NCBI GenBank assembly: GCA_001767525.1
Contig: MELF01000045.1
Coordinates: forward strand, 41,277 to 105,276
Reading direction: 5' to 3'
Origin: Acidobacteria bacterium RIFCSPLOWO2_12_FULL_68_19
GTDB taxonomy: Bacteria > Acidobacteriota > Vicinamibacteria > Vicinamibacterales > UBA2999
DNA: 64,000 bases
In this document: positions 43,178 through 53,745 of the stretch, one piece after another
How positions within the stretch are numbered: position 1 is the stretch's first letter
Layout of the letters: each line of letters begins with the position of its first letter
Notes under the pieces: generated by a model
The model's input: the letters and a program-made list of their open reading frames with translations, nothing else
Database searches by the model: none
Told to the model about the DNA's origin: nothing
Translations under genes and position numbers: made by a program

Positions 43178-44383
43178 ATGGCCGTCCGCGAATTGGTCGA
43201 TCTCGAACAGCAGTACGGGGCGCGCAACTACGAGCCGCTCGACGTGGTGCTCGAGCGCGGCGACGGGGCGTGGGTCTGGGACATCTACGGACGCCGGTAC
43301 CTGGACTGCCTGGCGGGCTACTCGGCGGTCAGTCAGGGACACTGTCACCCCCATATTCTCGCCGCGGCGATCGACCAGGCTCAGCGTCTCACCATGACCT
43401 CGCGCGCCTTCAGGAACGACCAGTTGCCGCTGCTCTACGAGCGGCTCCACGAGTTGACCGGCATGGAGATGGCGCTCCTGATGAACTCCGGGGCCGAGGC
43501 GGTGGAGACCGCCATCAAGGCGGCGCGCAAGTGGGGATACACCGTGAAGGGGATCCCGGCCGGTCAGGCGGAGGTCGTCGCGTGCGCGAACAACTTCCAC
43601 GGCCGGACGCTCACGATCGTCAGCTTCTCGACCGTGCCGCAGTATCGCGACGGCTTCGCGCCGTTCACCCCGGGCTTCCGCATCGTGCCGTTCGGCGACG
43701 CCGACGCGCTCGAGGAGGCGATCGGGCCGAACACCTGCGCCTTCCTGGTCGAGCCGATCCAGGGCGAGGCGGGCGTCGTCATTCCGCCGGCGGGCTATCT
43801 CACCGAGGCGGCGCGGATCTGCCGGCAGCACGACGTGTTGTTGATGGCCGACGAGATCCAGTCGGGTCTGGGCCGCACCGGAAAGCTCTTCGCGTACATG
43901 CACGACGAGGACGCGCGCCCGGACGTGCTGATTGTCGGCAAGGCGCTCTCGGGCGGGTTCTATCCCGTGTCGGCCGTGCTCGCGTCCCGGGAGGTGCTGG
44001 GCGTCTTCGGCCCCGGCGATCACGGCAGCACGTTCGGCGGCAACCCCCTGGCGTGCGCCATCGCGCGCGCCGCGCTCGACGTCATCATCGACGAGAAGCT
44101 GCCGCGGCGGGCCGAGCAGCTCGGTGCGTACTTCCTGGCCCATCTCGAGTCGATCCGCGCGCCGATCGTGCGCGAGTTGCGGGGCCGCGGTCTCTGGATC
44201 GGCATCGAGCTGGAACGGCCGGCCCGCCCGCTCTCGGAGGCGCTGAAGGAGCGCGGGCTGCTGTGCAAGGAGACGCACGAGCGCGTGATCCGGCTGTCGC
44301 CGCCGCTGGTCATCACGAGCGAGCAGATCGACTGGGCGGTGGAGCGGCTCGACGAGGTGCTATGGACCGCATCCGTACATTGA
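43178..44383 (+). CDS. rocD: ornithine--oxo-acid aminotransferase
   Basis: 401 aa. [23 protein letters not shown]...[13 protein letters not shown]...FHGRT...EPIQGEAGV...[13 protein letters not shown]...GKALSGG matches class-III aminotransferases of the RocD type. Confidence 0.9.
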   Translation: MAVRELVDLEQQYGARNYEPLDVVLERGDGAWVWDIYGRRYLDCLAGYSAVSQGHCHPHILAAAIDQAQRLTMTSRAFRNDQLPLLYERLHELTGMEMALLMNSGAEAVETAIKAARKWGYTVKGIPAGQAEVVACANNFHGRTLTIVSFSTVPQYRDGFAPFTPGFRIVPFGDADALEEAIGPNTCAFLVEPIQGEAGVVIPPAGYLTEAARICRQHDVLLMADEIQSGLGRTGKLFAYMHDEDARPDVLIVGKALSGGFYPVSAVLASREVLGVFGPGDHGSTFGGNPLACAIARAALDVIIDEKLPRRAEQLGAYFLAHLESIRAPIVRELRGRGLWIGIELERPARPLSEALKERGLLCKETHERVIRLSPPLVITSEQIDWAVERLDEVLWTASVH

Positions 44384-45720
44384 TCCTCGGCGCCGCCGGG
44401 CGCGACTTCCACAACTTCAACGTCGTCTATCGAGACGACACGCGCTACGACGTCGTCGGGTTCACGGCGGCGCAGATCCCGAACATCGCCGGCCGGCGCT
44501 ACCCGGCGGCGCTGGCGGGACCGCTCTATCCGAACGGCATCCCGATCTGTCCGGAGGAGGAGTTGCCGGCCCTCATCGATCGGCTCGAGGCACGGCAGGT
44601 CGTCTTCTCGTACAGCGACGTCTCGTATCCGTACGTGATGCACCGCGCGGCGATCGCCAACGCCGCCGGCGCCGATTTCGTGCTGCTCGGGCCGCGCGCC
44701 ACCATGCTCGAGAGCCCGGTGCCGGTGGTGGCGGTGTGCGCGGTCCGCACCGGCGCGGGAAAGAGCCAGACGAGCCGGGTGATCGTGCGGCTGCTGCGGG
44801 AGCACGGCCTGCGCGTCGCCGTGGTGCGCCATCCGATGCCGTACGGCGACCTCGCCGCGCAGCGCGTGCAGCGCTTCGCCGAACTGGCCGACCTCGAGCG
44901 CCACCGCTGCACCATCGAGGAGATGGAGGAATACGAGCCGCACCTGGTGAGCGGGTCCCTCGTCTATGCCGGCGTCGACTACGCGGACATCCTCGTGGCC
45001 GCGTCCGGCGAGGCGGACGTCATCCTGTGGGACGGCGGGAACAACGATCTGCCCTTCTACCGGCCGGCGCTGCACGTCGTGGTCGCCGATCCGCTGCGGC
45101 TCGGCAACGAACTGGCCTACCATCCCGGCGAGGCGAACCTCCGGATGGCGGATGTCGTCGTCATCAACAAGGTGGACACCGCGGACCTGGCGGCCACCGA
45201 GGAGCTGCGCGACCATGTGCGCGCCGCCAATCCCCGGGCGCTCGTCGTCGATGCCGCGTCGCCGGTGACGGCCGACCGCCCGGAGCTCGTCACCGGGCGG
45301 ACGGTGCTCGTCGTGGAAGACGGGCCGACGCTGACGCACGGCGAGATGCGGTTCGGCGCCGGAATGGTGGCGGCGCGGAAGCTCGGCGCGGCGGAGGTCG
45401 TCGACCCGCGGCCGTTCGCCGTGGGGAGCATCGCAGCGACGTATGCGGCCTATCCCGCCATCGGCGCCGTGCTGCCCGCCATGGGCTACGACCCGGCGCA
45501 GGTGCGCGAGCTCGAAGCGACGATCGCGAAGGTGCCGTGCGACGCGGTGATCGTCGGCACGCCGATCGACCTGAGCCGGCTGCTCACGATCCGCCAGCCG
45601 ATCGTCCGCGCGCGCTACGAGCTGCAGGAGATCGGCCGGCCCAACCTTGGCGACGTGCTGACGCCGTTCCTCCAGCGGCTCGACGCCGTCGCGCGCGCCG
45701 GGCGCGCCTCTGCTGTGTAA
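44362..45720 (+). CDS. P-loop NTPase of the cyclic-2,3-diphosphoglycerate-synthetase-like 'GTPase' family (name from memory)
   Basis: 452 aa. [13 protein letters not shown]..., P-loop [10 protein letters not shown], and VVINKVD. It overlaps the rocD end by 22 nt. Confidence 0.55.
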   Translation: MDRIRTLILGAAGRDFHNFNVVYRDDTRYDVVGFTAAQIPNIAGRRYPAALAGPLYPNGIPICPEEELPALIDRLEARQVVFSYSDVSYPYVMHRAAIANAAGADFVLLGPRATMLESPVPVVAVCAVRTGAGKSQTSRVIVRLLREHGLRVAVVRHPMPYGDLAAQRVQRFAELADLERHRCTIEEMEEYEPHLVSGSLVYAGVDYADILVAASGEADVILWDGGNNDLPFYRPALHVVVADPLRLGNELAYHPGEANLRMADVVVINKVDTADLAATEELRDHVRAANPRALVVDAASPVTADRPELVTGRTVLVVEDGPTLTHGEMRFGAGMVAARKLGAAEVVDPRPFAVGSIAATYAAYPAIGAVLPAMGYDPAQVRELEATIAKVPCDAVIVGTPIDLSRLLTIRQPIVRARYELQEIGRPNLGDVLTPFLQRLDAVARAGRASAV

Positions 45721-45840
45721 CAGCCTGCGCGTTCTCAAACCCAGACCTTCCTCTGGCTGGGAGATCGGGCGCCCGCCTTGCCTGACCGACAGTGGTGTCG
45801 TAGTCGAGGCGAGCGGCGTTCCAGGGTCGCCGGCGCCTGT

Positions 45841-46070
45841 CCTGGATTATTATTCACGAACGCGTCGTTCACACTGCTGGGTTCGCCCTTCTCTGTTCGT
45901 GTTCCGGCTCGGTGCTGCCGTTCGTCGTTCCCCGTCGAGCCGGGTCGAGGTGTTCCGGCGAGGACGAGCCAGAGACCTCCGAACCTTGAACCGCGAACCC
46001 GCGAAGGGAACGTGAACACGAACCGAGCACCACGCACCGAGAAGCGTGAACGACTGATTCCTGAATAGTG
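45841..46070. mobile_element. foldback MITE-like element, copy B (two inverted arms)
   Basis: The left arm (45841-45974) is the reverse complement of copy A. The right arm (~45975-46070) is a shorter forward copy (gaacacgaaccgag...gaagcgtgaacgac.g.ttcctgaata). The termini are inverted: cctggattattattcacgaacg / cgactgattcctgaatagt. Confidence 0.65.
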
Positions 46071-46461
46071 CGGGCTATGCCGTGCGGCGGACGATGTCGA
46101 CCGCAAGGATTCGGAGGCGGTCGGCGCCATCAACGAGAAGATCGAGAGGTTCTTCGACGTGTGCGCGGCGAGGGGGCTGACCGGGACCGAAGGCGTGCTG
46201 ATTCCCGCCGCCAACAAGCGCCACCTCATGCTGCGTGCCGAGGTGATCGCCGCCGTGCGCGCCGGCCGGTTCCACGTCTACGCCATCGACGCGGTCGACC
46301 AGGCGATGGAGGTCCTCACCGGCGTCGCTGCGGGCGAGCGCGACGTGACGGGCCGTTTCCCGAGCGGCACCGTCAACTGCCGCGTCGAGCAGCGCCTCGA
46401 GGCGCTCGCCCGGCAGGCGCGGTCCTTCCGGATGGGCGCGGCCGATGCGAGCCGCGCGTGA
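46069..46461 (+). pseudogene. C-terminal remnant of a Lon-like (S16) ATP-dependent protease
   Basis: ...[69 protein letters not shown]... matches Lon-like protease C-termini. The frame is closed by a TAG at 46066-46068, inside the MITE end. Confidence 0.55.
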
Positions 46462-46472
46462 AGGAGGTCGTG

Positions 46473-47882
46473 ATGTCGCGCAGTCTGGAAGAGAGCGTCA
46501 ACGGCTACTTCGACCGCGCCGCGGCGCTGTGCGACTGCCCGCGCGGCCTGCTCGAGCAGATCCGCGCCTGCAACGGCGTGCACGCGTTCCAGTTTCCCGT
46601 GCGCCACGCCGATGGCCGCATCGAGGTGGTGCGCGCCTGGCGGGCCGAGCACAGCCACCACAAGCTGCCGACCAAGGGGGGCATCCGCTACAGCGCCGCG
46701 GTCGATGAGTCGGAAGTGCGAGCGCTCGCCGCCCTCATGACGTACAAATGCGCGGTCGTCGACGTGCCGTTTGGAGGCGCGAAGGGGGCCGTGCAGGTGG
46801 ATCCGCACCGGCGCAGCGTGGAGGAGCTGGAGCGAATTACGCGGCGCTACGTCTACGAGCTCTCGCAGCGCAATCTCATCGGGCCCGGGATCGACGTCCC
46901 GGCGCCCGATGCCGGCACGGGCGAGCGTGAGATGGCATGGGTGGCCGACACCTACACGGCGCTGCACCCGGAGCAGCTCGACGCCCTGGCGTGCGTCACG
47001 GGCAAGCCGGTCACGCTGGGCGGCGTTCGCGGCCGCAAGGAGGCGACGGGGCAGGGCCTCGTGTACGCGCTCGCCGAGGTATGCGCCCAGGCGGACGACA
47101 TGAAGGCGCTCGGCCTGGGTGTGGGGCTCGACGGCAAGCGCGTGGTCGTGCAGGGGATCGGCAACGTCGGCTACCACGCCGCGAGGTTCTGCCGCGAGCG
47201 CGGCGCGCGCGTCATCGCGTTCGCCGTGCCCGAAGGCGCGATTGCCGATCCACGCGGGCTCGACGAAGACGCGGTCGTGGAGCATCGGACGCGCACCGGC
47301 TCGATCCTCGGGTTTCCCGGGGCGACCTCCATGCCGCGCAGCCGCGACGGGCTCGAGCTGGACTGCGACGTGCTCGTTCCCGCGGCGCTCGAGAATCAGC
47401 TCACGGCCGAGAACGCGCCGGCCGTCCGGGCCAGGATCGTGCTGGAGGGCGCCAATGGGCCCACGACCCCGGAAGCCGACGAGATCCTCCGCGCGAAGGG
47501 CACGCTCGTGATTCCCGACATCTACGCCAATGCCGGCGGCGTGGTCGTCTCGTACTTCGAGTGGCTGAAGAACCTCTCGCACGTGCGCTTCGGGCGCCTG
47601 GAACGGCGCCACCGCGCCGCCTCGGATCTGAAGCTGCTGCACGCCGTGGAACGGGCGACCGGCCATGCCTTCAGCGAGGCGGAGCGGGCGGTGCTGGCCG
47701 ACGGGCCCGACGAGCGCCGCATCGTCAACTCGGGGTTGGAAGAGACGATGGCCGCCGCCTACCACGAGGTGCGGGATACTCTCCGGGCGCGGCCGGCGCT
47801 CAACGACCTGCGCACGGCGGCGTTCTACCTCGCCATCCAGAAGGTGGCGCGGGCGTACCTGGAGCGGGGGATCTTTCCCTGA
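46473..47882 (+). CDS. Glu/Leu/Phe/Val dehydrogenase family protein (glutamate dehydrogenase-like)
   Basis: ATG 46473 follows [16 protein letters not shown]...[19 protein letters not shown]...VPAPDAGTG...VVQGIGNVG...[12 protein letters not shown]. Confidence 0.9.
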   Translation: MSRSLEESVNGYFDRAAALCDCPRGLLEQIRACNGVHAFQFPVRHADGRIEVVRAWRAEHSHHKLPTKGGIRYSAAVDESEVRALAALMTYKCAVVDVPFGGAKGAVQVDPHRRSVEELERITRRYVYELSQRNLIGPGIDVPAPDAGTGEREMAWVADTYTALHPEQLDALACVTGKPVTLGGVRGRKEATGQGLVYALAEVCAQADDMKALGLGVGLDGKRVVVQGIGNVGYHAARFCRERGARVIAFAVPEGAIADPRGLDEDAVVEHRTRTGSILGFPGATSMPRSRDGLELDCDVLVPAALENQLTAENAPAVRARIVLEGANGPTTPEADEILRAKGTLVIPDIYANAGGVVVSYFEWLKNLSHVRFGRLERRHRAASDLKLLHAVERATGHAFSEAERAVLADGPDERRIVNSGLEETMAAAYHEVRDTLRARPALNDLRTAAFYLAIQKVARAYLERGIFP

Positions 47883-47925
47883 AGGGGCGCCCGCGAAGAA
47901 TTCCCGGCGAGCCGGTGACAGGCCG

Positions 47926-48729
47926 TCACGGCAGCCGCGTTCGCAGGTGTGCCACCGCGCGCGTGAACTGCCCGGCGATCGAGGCCGTGGGGCACTGCAG
48001 CTCCAGCATGATCCAGCCGTCGAACTGCGCGTCCAGCAGATCGCGTCCGATGGCGTGCCAGTCGACGACGCCTTCGCCGGGTGGCAGATGGTCGTCGAAA
48101 CGGCCGTGATTGTCGTTGGCGTGGATGTGCCTCAGCCGGTTCTTCGAGATGTCGAGGAATCGGCGCCACTGCTGTCCAAGCGTCGTGTGGCCCGTGTCGA
48201 GGCAGACGGCGACCTCCGGGGGCAGTCGCTCGAGGATCCACGCGAACTCCTCGGCCCGGCCGCCGATGAGGTGCGGGAGGGGGCTCTCGACGGTCAGGAC
48301 GAGCCCCATGTGATCGCAGATGCGCGCGAGCACCTGCAGCGATTCCTGAATCAACCGCAGGCGGAGCGACACGTCCTGGCCGTCGCGGGTCACATCGCTC
48401 GTGTGCACCACGACGTTGCGCCCGCCGACGTCCTTGATCGCCGCGGCCGCCGTGAGGATGGCGCCGATCGCCGCGTGCCGGTGGTGCGGGTTGGGATCGG
48501 AGAGATCGAGCAGTCCGCCAAAGGGCGCGTGAATCGAAATCGGACGGATGGCGTGACGCTCGAGGCGGTCGCGCAGCGCCCGCACTTCGTCCTCACGCCA
48601 GGGGTCGAAATGCCGCGGCGGCGTGCCGACCTCGACCGCATCGATGCCGGCGCCATGAATGGCATCGAGCACCTCGAGCACCGGTCGATCCGCGCAGCAG
48701 CCGGTCGACGCCCCAATCCGCCAGCTCAT
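47926..48729 (-). CDS. xylose-isomerase-like TIM-barrel protein (sugar-phosphate isomerase/epimerase / AP-endonuclease-2 superfamily)
   Basis: 267 aa. AVEVG...SIHAPF...VVVHTS...LTVESP...CLDTGHT...HIHANDN...DDHLPPGEG..DW is the metal-ligand pattern of this fold. Confidence 0.8.
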   Translation of the reverse strand: MSWRIGASTGCCADRPVLEVLDAIHGAGIDAVEVGTPPRHFDPWREDEVRALRDRLERHAIRPISIHAPFGGLLDLSDPNPHHRHAAIGAILTAAAAIKDVGGRNVVVHTSDVTRDGQDVSLRLRLIQESLQVLARICDHMGLVLTVESPLPHLIGGRAEEFAWILERLPPEVAVCLDTGHTTLGQQWRRFLDISKNRLRHIHANDNHGRFDDHLPPGEGVVDWHAIGRDLLDAQFDGWIMLELQCPTASIAGQFTRAVAHLRTRLP

Positions 48730-48730
48730 A

Positions 48731-50167
48731 TCACGTCCAGCGCACCAGCAGCCGGTCCCGGTTCACGCGGAGATCGCGCTGACACGCGGTCAGCGGACAG
48801 AGTTGCTTTTCCTGCGAGGACCGGCAGTTGAAATCGACGCCGCGATCGAGACCCGTTGCGACCATGCCCGCGAACACGCGAACGTCGAATTCCGCCCTGG
48901 CCCGGGGCGAGAGGCGCTTCCACCGATCATCCCACCCGAAGTCCTTCCCGTAGCGCGACCACACGAGACCCGCGATGTGGCGCGGCGCCCACCCGTCGCT
49001 CATCAGATAGCGGGTGACGTGCTGCAGGTGCTCGGGCCTCAGCAGCAGGTCGTGAGGCGCCGCCAGCGGCGCGGCGACGCACGGCGGAAGGGCGGCCAGA
49101 TCGAGCCGATCGTAGGTGGACGCCCACGCGGCCGGAGCGTGCGGCTCGACTGCGTGGAAGTCGCGATGGAAGCGGGCCAGCGACGAACGGCCGTAGTCGT
49201 CGACCAGTGCCGCCAGTCCCTCCGTCACGATTGGAATCGGCACGCGGCCCGACTCGGCGAGCGCCGCGGCGCCGGCCGGAGACCGGTGCCAGCGCAACAG
49301 CTCGTCGAGGGGCAGGGTGCCGCGCGGAACGGCGATGAGCGGGTCGAGCGCCCCCACCTCCGCGCCGTACAAATCCGGGCGGAGACGGTGCAGTTGATAG
49401 CCGCCGAACGCGACGCGTACGTGCCGCACATCGAGCGGATCGCCCGCAAACGACAGATCGAGCGAGACGGCCTCCCGTCCTCCCGGTCCGGAGCCAACGT
49501 TCGTCCCGTTGAGTACCAGGGGAATGCGGCTTGTCGGGGTGGCGCGTCGAACGACCTGATGGGCCAGGTGCTCGAGCAACAGTCCGCTGCCGACATAGGC
49601 GCGCGTCTGAACCGCACTCATACGATCGTCGATCCAGCGTGGCAGCCGTCGGTCCTGGGTCGCGTACCAGTCGGGCACACCGGGCGCCAGCGCCGCCACG
49701 CGGCACACGACCGCTGACTCGAGCGGCATCCGGCCGATGAACTGGTACCCGCGTCCGGTCATCACCGGCAGCAGGCTCAGACCGTGGTGGGCCAGCAACC
49801 CGCACACGGCCTGATACGTCGGCTCCAGCATGCGAAAGACCTCCACGGGCCGCGCGAAGGCGTGTCCGAGGCGGTCGGCATTGAGGTAGTCCACGTCGAA
49901 ACAGACGAGCAGGCTGTCGCGATCCCATACCGAGCGGAAGATGTCCGCGCTGCGGTTCAGCAGCTCGTCCAAGACGCTCGTCGGAAGCGGGGGCTGTAAC
50001 GTCCACCCGCTCGGGATCGGCGTGTCGGGAAGCGCTGCGCTCAGGAACACGCTCGTCCCGGAGAGCCCGCTCCCGAGCCCGCAATACTCGCGAATCCGCG
50101 CGCGCACGGCCGGCCGCTCGTAGTAGGCCGCCAGCGCTGGACGGCTGAGAACCTGCGTCGCAGGCAT
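48731..50167 (-). CDS. hypothetical protein; motif pattern reminiscent of the archaeo-eukaryotic primase (AEP/PrimPol) fold (inference only)
   Basis: 478 aa with no family recognised. SLLVCFDVDYLN (hhhDhD), 46 aa later LPVMTGRGYQF (sGxGyH-like, with Q for H), then DPLDVRHVRVAFGGYQLH. It lies 1 nt from the downstream start, and its ATG follows the upstream stop after TGAGGAGCG. Confidence 0.6.
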   Translation of the reverse strand: MPATQVLSRPALAAYYERPAVRARIREYCGLGSGLSGTSVFLSAALPDTPIPSGWTLQPPLPTSVLDELLNRSADIFRSVWDRDSLLVCFDVDYLNADRLGHAFARPVEVFRMLEPTYQAVCGLLAHHGLSLLPVMTGRGYQFIGRMPLESAVVCRVAALAPGVPDWYATQDRRLPRWIDDRMSAVQTRAYVGSGLLLEHLAHQVVRRATPTSRIPLVLNGTNVGSGPGGREAVSLDLSFAGDPLDVRHVRVAFGGYQLHRLRPDLYGAEVGALDPLIAVPRGTLPLDELLRWHRSPAGAAALAESGRVPIPIVTEGLAALVDDYGRSSLARFHRDFHAVEPHAPAAWASTYDRLDLAALPPCVAAPLAAPHDLLLRPEHLQHVTRYLMSDGWAPRHIAGLVWSRYGKDFGWDDRWKRLSPRARAEFDVRVFAGMVATGLDRGVDFNCRSSQEKQLCPLTACQRDLRVNRDRLLVRWT

Positions 50168-50173
50168 CGCTCC

Positions 50174-50605
50174 TCAGGCAACCGAGACGACCCGTACGGC
50201 CGGTTCGACGTGCAGATGTCCGCCGAGCAGGCGGAGGGTCGGTGACCGCTCGATCGCCTGCGGCCAGAGCCGCTCGATCCGCCGGCGGTCCACGTCGGAC
50301 TCCACCACCACGCAGGGCGCCAGCGCGATCTCCGGCGGCGCGCCGGCCGTCTCGCGCAGTCGGGCGGACGACACGTATCCCTGCACGGGGATACCGGCTT
50401 CGGCAGCCAGCGTCAACAGCGTGGTCATCAGGCAGCTCGACGCGGCGAGTGCCAGCAGGTGCTGTGGCGAACGACTCACTGCCGGGCCGATGCGAAGCGG
50501 CTCGCCCCGTTCGGTCACCGCCGTGGCGTTCAAGTCCTCGTCCCACACCAGTTCCAGGCTCCAGTGGCACTCCTCGCGCGGGTCGTGACATGTGGACGGC
50601 GACAT
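50174..50605 (-). CDS. OsmC/Ohr-family protein
   Basis: 143 aa. SPQHLLALAASSCLMTTLLTLA resembles the OsmC-family Cys-containing helix. It is first in the 3-gene operon. Confidence 0.55.
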   Translation of the reverse strand: MSPSTCHDPREECHWSLELVWDEDLNATAVTERGEPLRIGPAVSRSPQHLLALAASSCLMTTLLTLAAEAGIPVQGYVSSARLRETAGAPPEIALAPCVVVESDVDRRRIERLWPQAIERSPTLRLLGGHLHVEPAVRVVSVA

Positions 50606-50789
50606 GTTTCAAGTTCCGCACGCAAGTCCTTTGCCTGACGCAGCACGCACGGGTCGGCACCGACCAGCAGCCAGTCGTGCGGCCCGGTGGGAACGTTTTA
50701 GCGGCGGCTGCGGAAAAACGGCCGGACAACCAGGCACGCCGGCTGCTTCTCTGCGTATCGACGTGTTGATCCATCAGCTTCCGCTCGAG

Positions 50790-51971
50790 GCCGCCTTCGC
50801 GAGCCTCCGCTCACGGCCGGAGAGGCCACGGCGCTGGTGTGTGCGACGGGCATGCACTCGGCGTTCGGTCGGATCGCGCGCCTGACGCAGCGCACCGTCG
50901 AGGCGCCGTCTCCGCTACAGACCGAGATCGCGGCGCTCAGCCGGGTGATTGCGCTGCTGGCGGTCGGGATTGGCGCGACGGTCTTCGTGAGCGGACGGCT
51001 CGTCGGCCTCCCTGCCTAGCCCGGACTATTCCTGAATCTCCAAAGCGAAGAGGCGCGTTCGCGGAGAAAAGCGTTCGGAGCAGGCCGTTCTGATCGCCCG
51101 AAAACCGCTGCGCAGGCCCGCGACAGGGCGTGGGGCTGGGGGTCCCCACGCCACGGCAGGGACGGTAGGCCGAAGCAGCGGTTTTCCGGCCTGCGGAGCC
51201 GCTTTTCGGAGCGAATGTGCCTCTTTGCCACCACGCGTTCATGAATGATCCGGGCTCCTAGCACCTTCATCTTTGCCATCGGCGTCATCGTGGCCAACAT
51301 GCCGGAGGGGCTGTTGCCGACCGTCACGCTCGCGATGGCGATGGGCGCTCGTCGCATGGCGCGGCGGCGGACGCTCGTGCGCCATCTTCCCAGCGTCGAG
51401 ACGCTCGGATCGGCCACCGTGATCTGCACCGACAAGACCGGCACGCTCACGGAGAACCGGATGGAGGTGCGGTCGATCTACGTGCCGGGACGCCTCGTCG
51501 ATCCCGCATCGGCCATTGCCGGTGAAATCGGCCTCGTGACCGACGAGGGGGAGCGCGTGCTGGCGGGCGACGAGCTGCGCCGCATGTCGGACACACAGTT
51601 GCAGCTCGCGCTCGCCGGGCGACCCCGTGTACCGGGCTGGAACGACGGCCTGCCTGACCGCGATCGTGATCATGCAGGTTGTCAACGTGCAGTTGTGCCG
51701 GACGCGCCGCCGGTCGATTCTCTCCGAGCCTCCGTTTGCGAATCGACTGATCACCGCGGGGATCGTCGTCGAGATGTTGTTGATTCTGGCCATCGACTAC
51801 ACCCCGGGGGGCAACGCCCTGTGTGGCACCGCGCCGATTCCAATCGGCGTCTGGGCCTTCGTCGTGCCGTTCGCGGTTGCCATGCTGGGACTCGAGGAAG
51901 TGCGCAAGGCTCTCGTGCGACGGGACGGCAGGGAAAATACCGCGCTCGGCGCGAAATTTGCGCGGCCGTGA
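50790..51971 (+). pseudogene. heavily eroded P-type ATPase (5'-truncated, MITE insertion, internal deletions, frameshift)
   Basis: Fragment ...ATALVCATGMHSAFGRIARLTQ..SPLQTEI...GLPA* runs to 51019. After the insertion comes [23 protein letters not shown]...[15 protein letters not shown] short P-domain piece follows. In another frame is a TM9-10-like tail (51627-51971). The N, A and most P domains are absent. Confidence 0.75.
51020..51256. mobile_element. foldback MITE-like element, copy C, inserted in the P-type ATPase remnant
   Basis: 237 bp, a near-complete long palindrome (e.g. gaaaaccgctgc/gcagcggttttc, cgtgggg/ccccacg). The ends cccggactattcctgaat / cgcgttcatgaatgatccggg resemble the copy A/B ends. 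CCTAG lies directly on both flanks (51015-19 and 51257-61). Confidence 0.6.
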
Positions 51972-52047
51972 TCGGCCGTCCTCGATGCGCGTCGTCGGTG
52001 GGCCGCTACGGTCTGGCACTGCCGTTGCCTTCCTTCAAGGCGGGCGC

Positions 52048-53739
52048 ATGACACAAGCGGCTCCCCACGGCCTTCTCCGCATGGCCCACATGCGGCGCTA
52101 CCGCGATATCGCCGCCGTCCTCGTGAAGTACGGGTTCGTCGACGTCGTGCACGCGCTGCGTCTGGCCCCGTCGCTCGCCGCCGGTCGCCGGCTCCGGGCC
52201 GTATTCGGTCGCGAGACCGCGCCGGAGCCGAGTCGCGCCGAGCGGATCAGGCTTGCGCTCGAGGCGCTCGGGCCGACCTTCATGAAGTTCGGACAGGCGC
52301 TGAGCCTGCGGGCCGACCTCCTGCCGGCCGACGTCGTGGCCGAGTTCTCGCGCCTGCAGGACGCGGCGCCGGCGCTCGAGCGCGGCGTCGCGGAGCGCAC
52401 GATCGAACGCGCCCTCGATCGGCCTATCGGCGACTTGTTTGCCGAGTTCGACCCGGAACCGCTCGCGGCGGCCTCGATCGCGCAGGTGCACCGGGCGACG
52501 CTCAATTCGGGCGAGGTCGTCGCCGTCAAGGTCCGGCGCCCCGGCATCGAGTCGATCATCGAGGCGGATCTCGCGATTCTGGCCGATCTGGCCGCGGTGG
52601 CGGAACGCCACATCCCGGATGCGAGCCTCTACAGTCTCAGCGGCCTGGTCGACGAGTTCGCCCGCACGATTCGCCGCGAGCAGGACCTCGCGCGGGAAGG
52701 GCGCATCATCGAGCGCGTGGCCTCGCAGTTTGCCGGCGACCCCACGGTCCGCTTTCCTGCGATCTGCTGGCCGCTCACCACGCCGGCCGTGCTGACGATG
52801 GAGTTCCTGAAAGGCGCGAAGGTCGCCGACCTCGGCACGGACGCGGCTCCGGATCTCGACCCGCGGCTCGTGGCGCGTCGCGGCGCCGACGTGGTGCTCA
52901 AGCAGATCCTCGTTCATGGCCTGTTCCACGCCGACCCGCACCCGGGCAACATCCTGGTCCTGCCGGGCAACGTCATCGCGCTCGTCGATTTCGGGATCGT
53001 GGGACGCGTCAGCCGCGACATGCGCGAGCAGCTCGGAGAAACGATTCTGGCCGTTCGACAGCACGACGCCGATCGCCTCGCCGAGATCGTCGTCGGCGTG
53101 GCCACGCCGCTGCGGCCGGTCGATACGGCGGAGCTCTCGGGCGACATCGAGGAGATGCTGGACGTATTCGCCGATCTGTCGGTCGGCGATCTCTCGCTCG
53201 GCCAGTTGTTCGCGTCGGTGACCAGCGCGATGTCGCGACACCGCCTGAAGCTTCCGGCCGATCTGCTGCTGCTCATCAAGTCGGTCACCACGATCGAGAG
53301 CGTGGGGCGCCAGCTCGATCCGTCGTTCAAGACCGTCGCGCACGCGGCCCCGTTCGTCGAGGCGCTCCTCGAACAGAAGTACAGGCCGAGCGCCCTGGCG
53401 CTGCGCACGGCCGACGCGGGCCGCGAGATGCTGGGCGCCTTTCGAAGCCTGCCGGGCAACCTGGCGGAGATCGCCAGGAAGGCGCGCGCCGACGGCCTGC
53501 AGATCCAGTTCGTGCACCGTAATCTCGACTACTTCATCCGCGAGATGGACCGGTCGAGCAACCGCCTCAGCTTCGCCATCGTCATCGCCGCCATCGTAGT
53601 GGCGTCGTCGATCATGGTGCACGCTGCGGCCGGTCCGCGCCCCTTCGGCTATTCACTGCTCGGGCTCGCAGGGTTCGTCACGGCTGCCGTACTGGGGATC
53701 GGGCTGGCGGTGGGCATCCTGCGATCGGGACGGCTGTAA
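52048..53739 (+). CDS. ubiB: ABC1/UbiB-family atypical kinase
   Basis: 563 aa. [20 protein letters not shown]...[11 protein letters not shown]...VAVKVRRPG...[12 protein letters not shown]...DFGIVG, with two C-terminal TM helices. Confidence 0.9.
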   Translation: MTQAAPHGLLRMAHMRRYRDIAAVLVKYGFVDVVHALRLAPSLAAGRRLRAVFGRETAPEPSRAERIRLALEALGPTFMKFGQALSLRADLLPADVVAEFSRLQDAAPALERGVAERTIERALDRPIGDLFAEFDPEPLAAASIAQVHRATLNSGEVVAVKVRRPGIESIIEADLAILADLAAVAERHIPDASLYSLSGLVDEFARTIRREQDLAREGRIIERVASQFAGDPTVRFPAICWPLTTPAVLTMEFLKGAKVADLGTDAAPDLDPRLVARRGADVVLKQILVHGLFHADPHPGNILVLPGNVIALVDFGIVGRVSRDMREQLGETILAVRQHDADRLAEIVVGVATPLRPVDTAELSGDIEEMLDVFADLSVGDLSLGQLFASVTSAMSRHRLKLPADLLLLIKSVTTIESVGRQLDPSFKTVAHAAPFVEALLEQKYRPSALALRTADAGREMLGAFRSLPGNLAEIARKARADGLQIQFVHRNLDYFIREMDRSSNRLSFAIVIAAIVVASSIMVHAAAGPRPFGYSLLGLAGFVTAAVLGIGLAVGILRSGRL

Positions 53740-53745
53740 GCAGAA

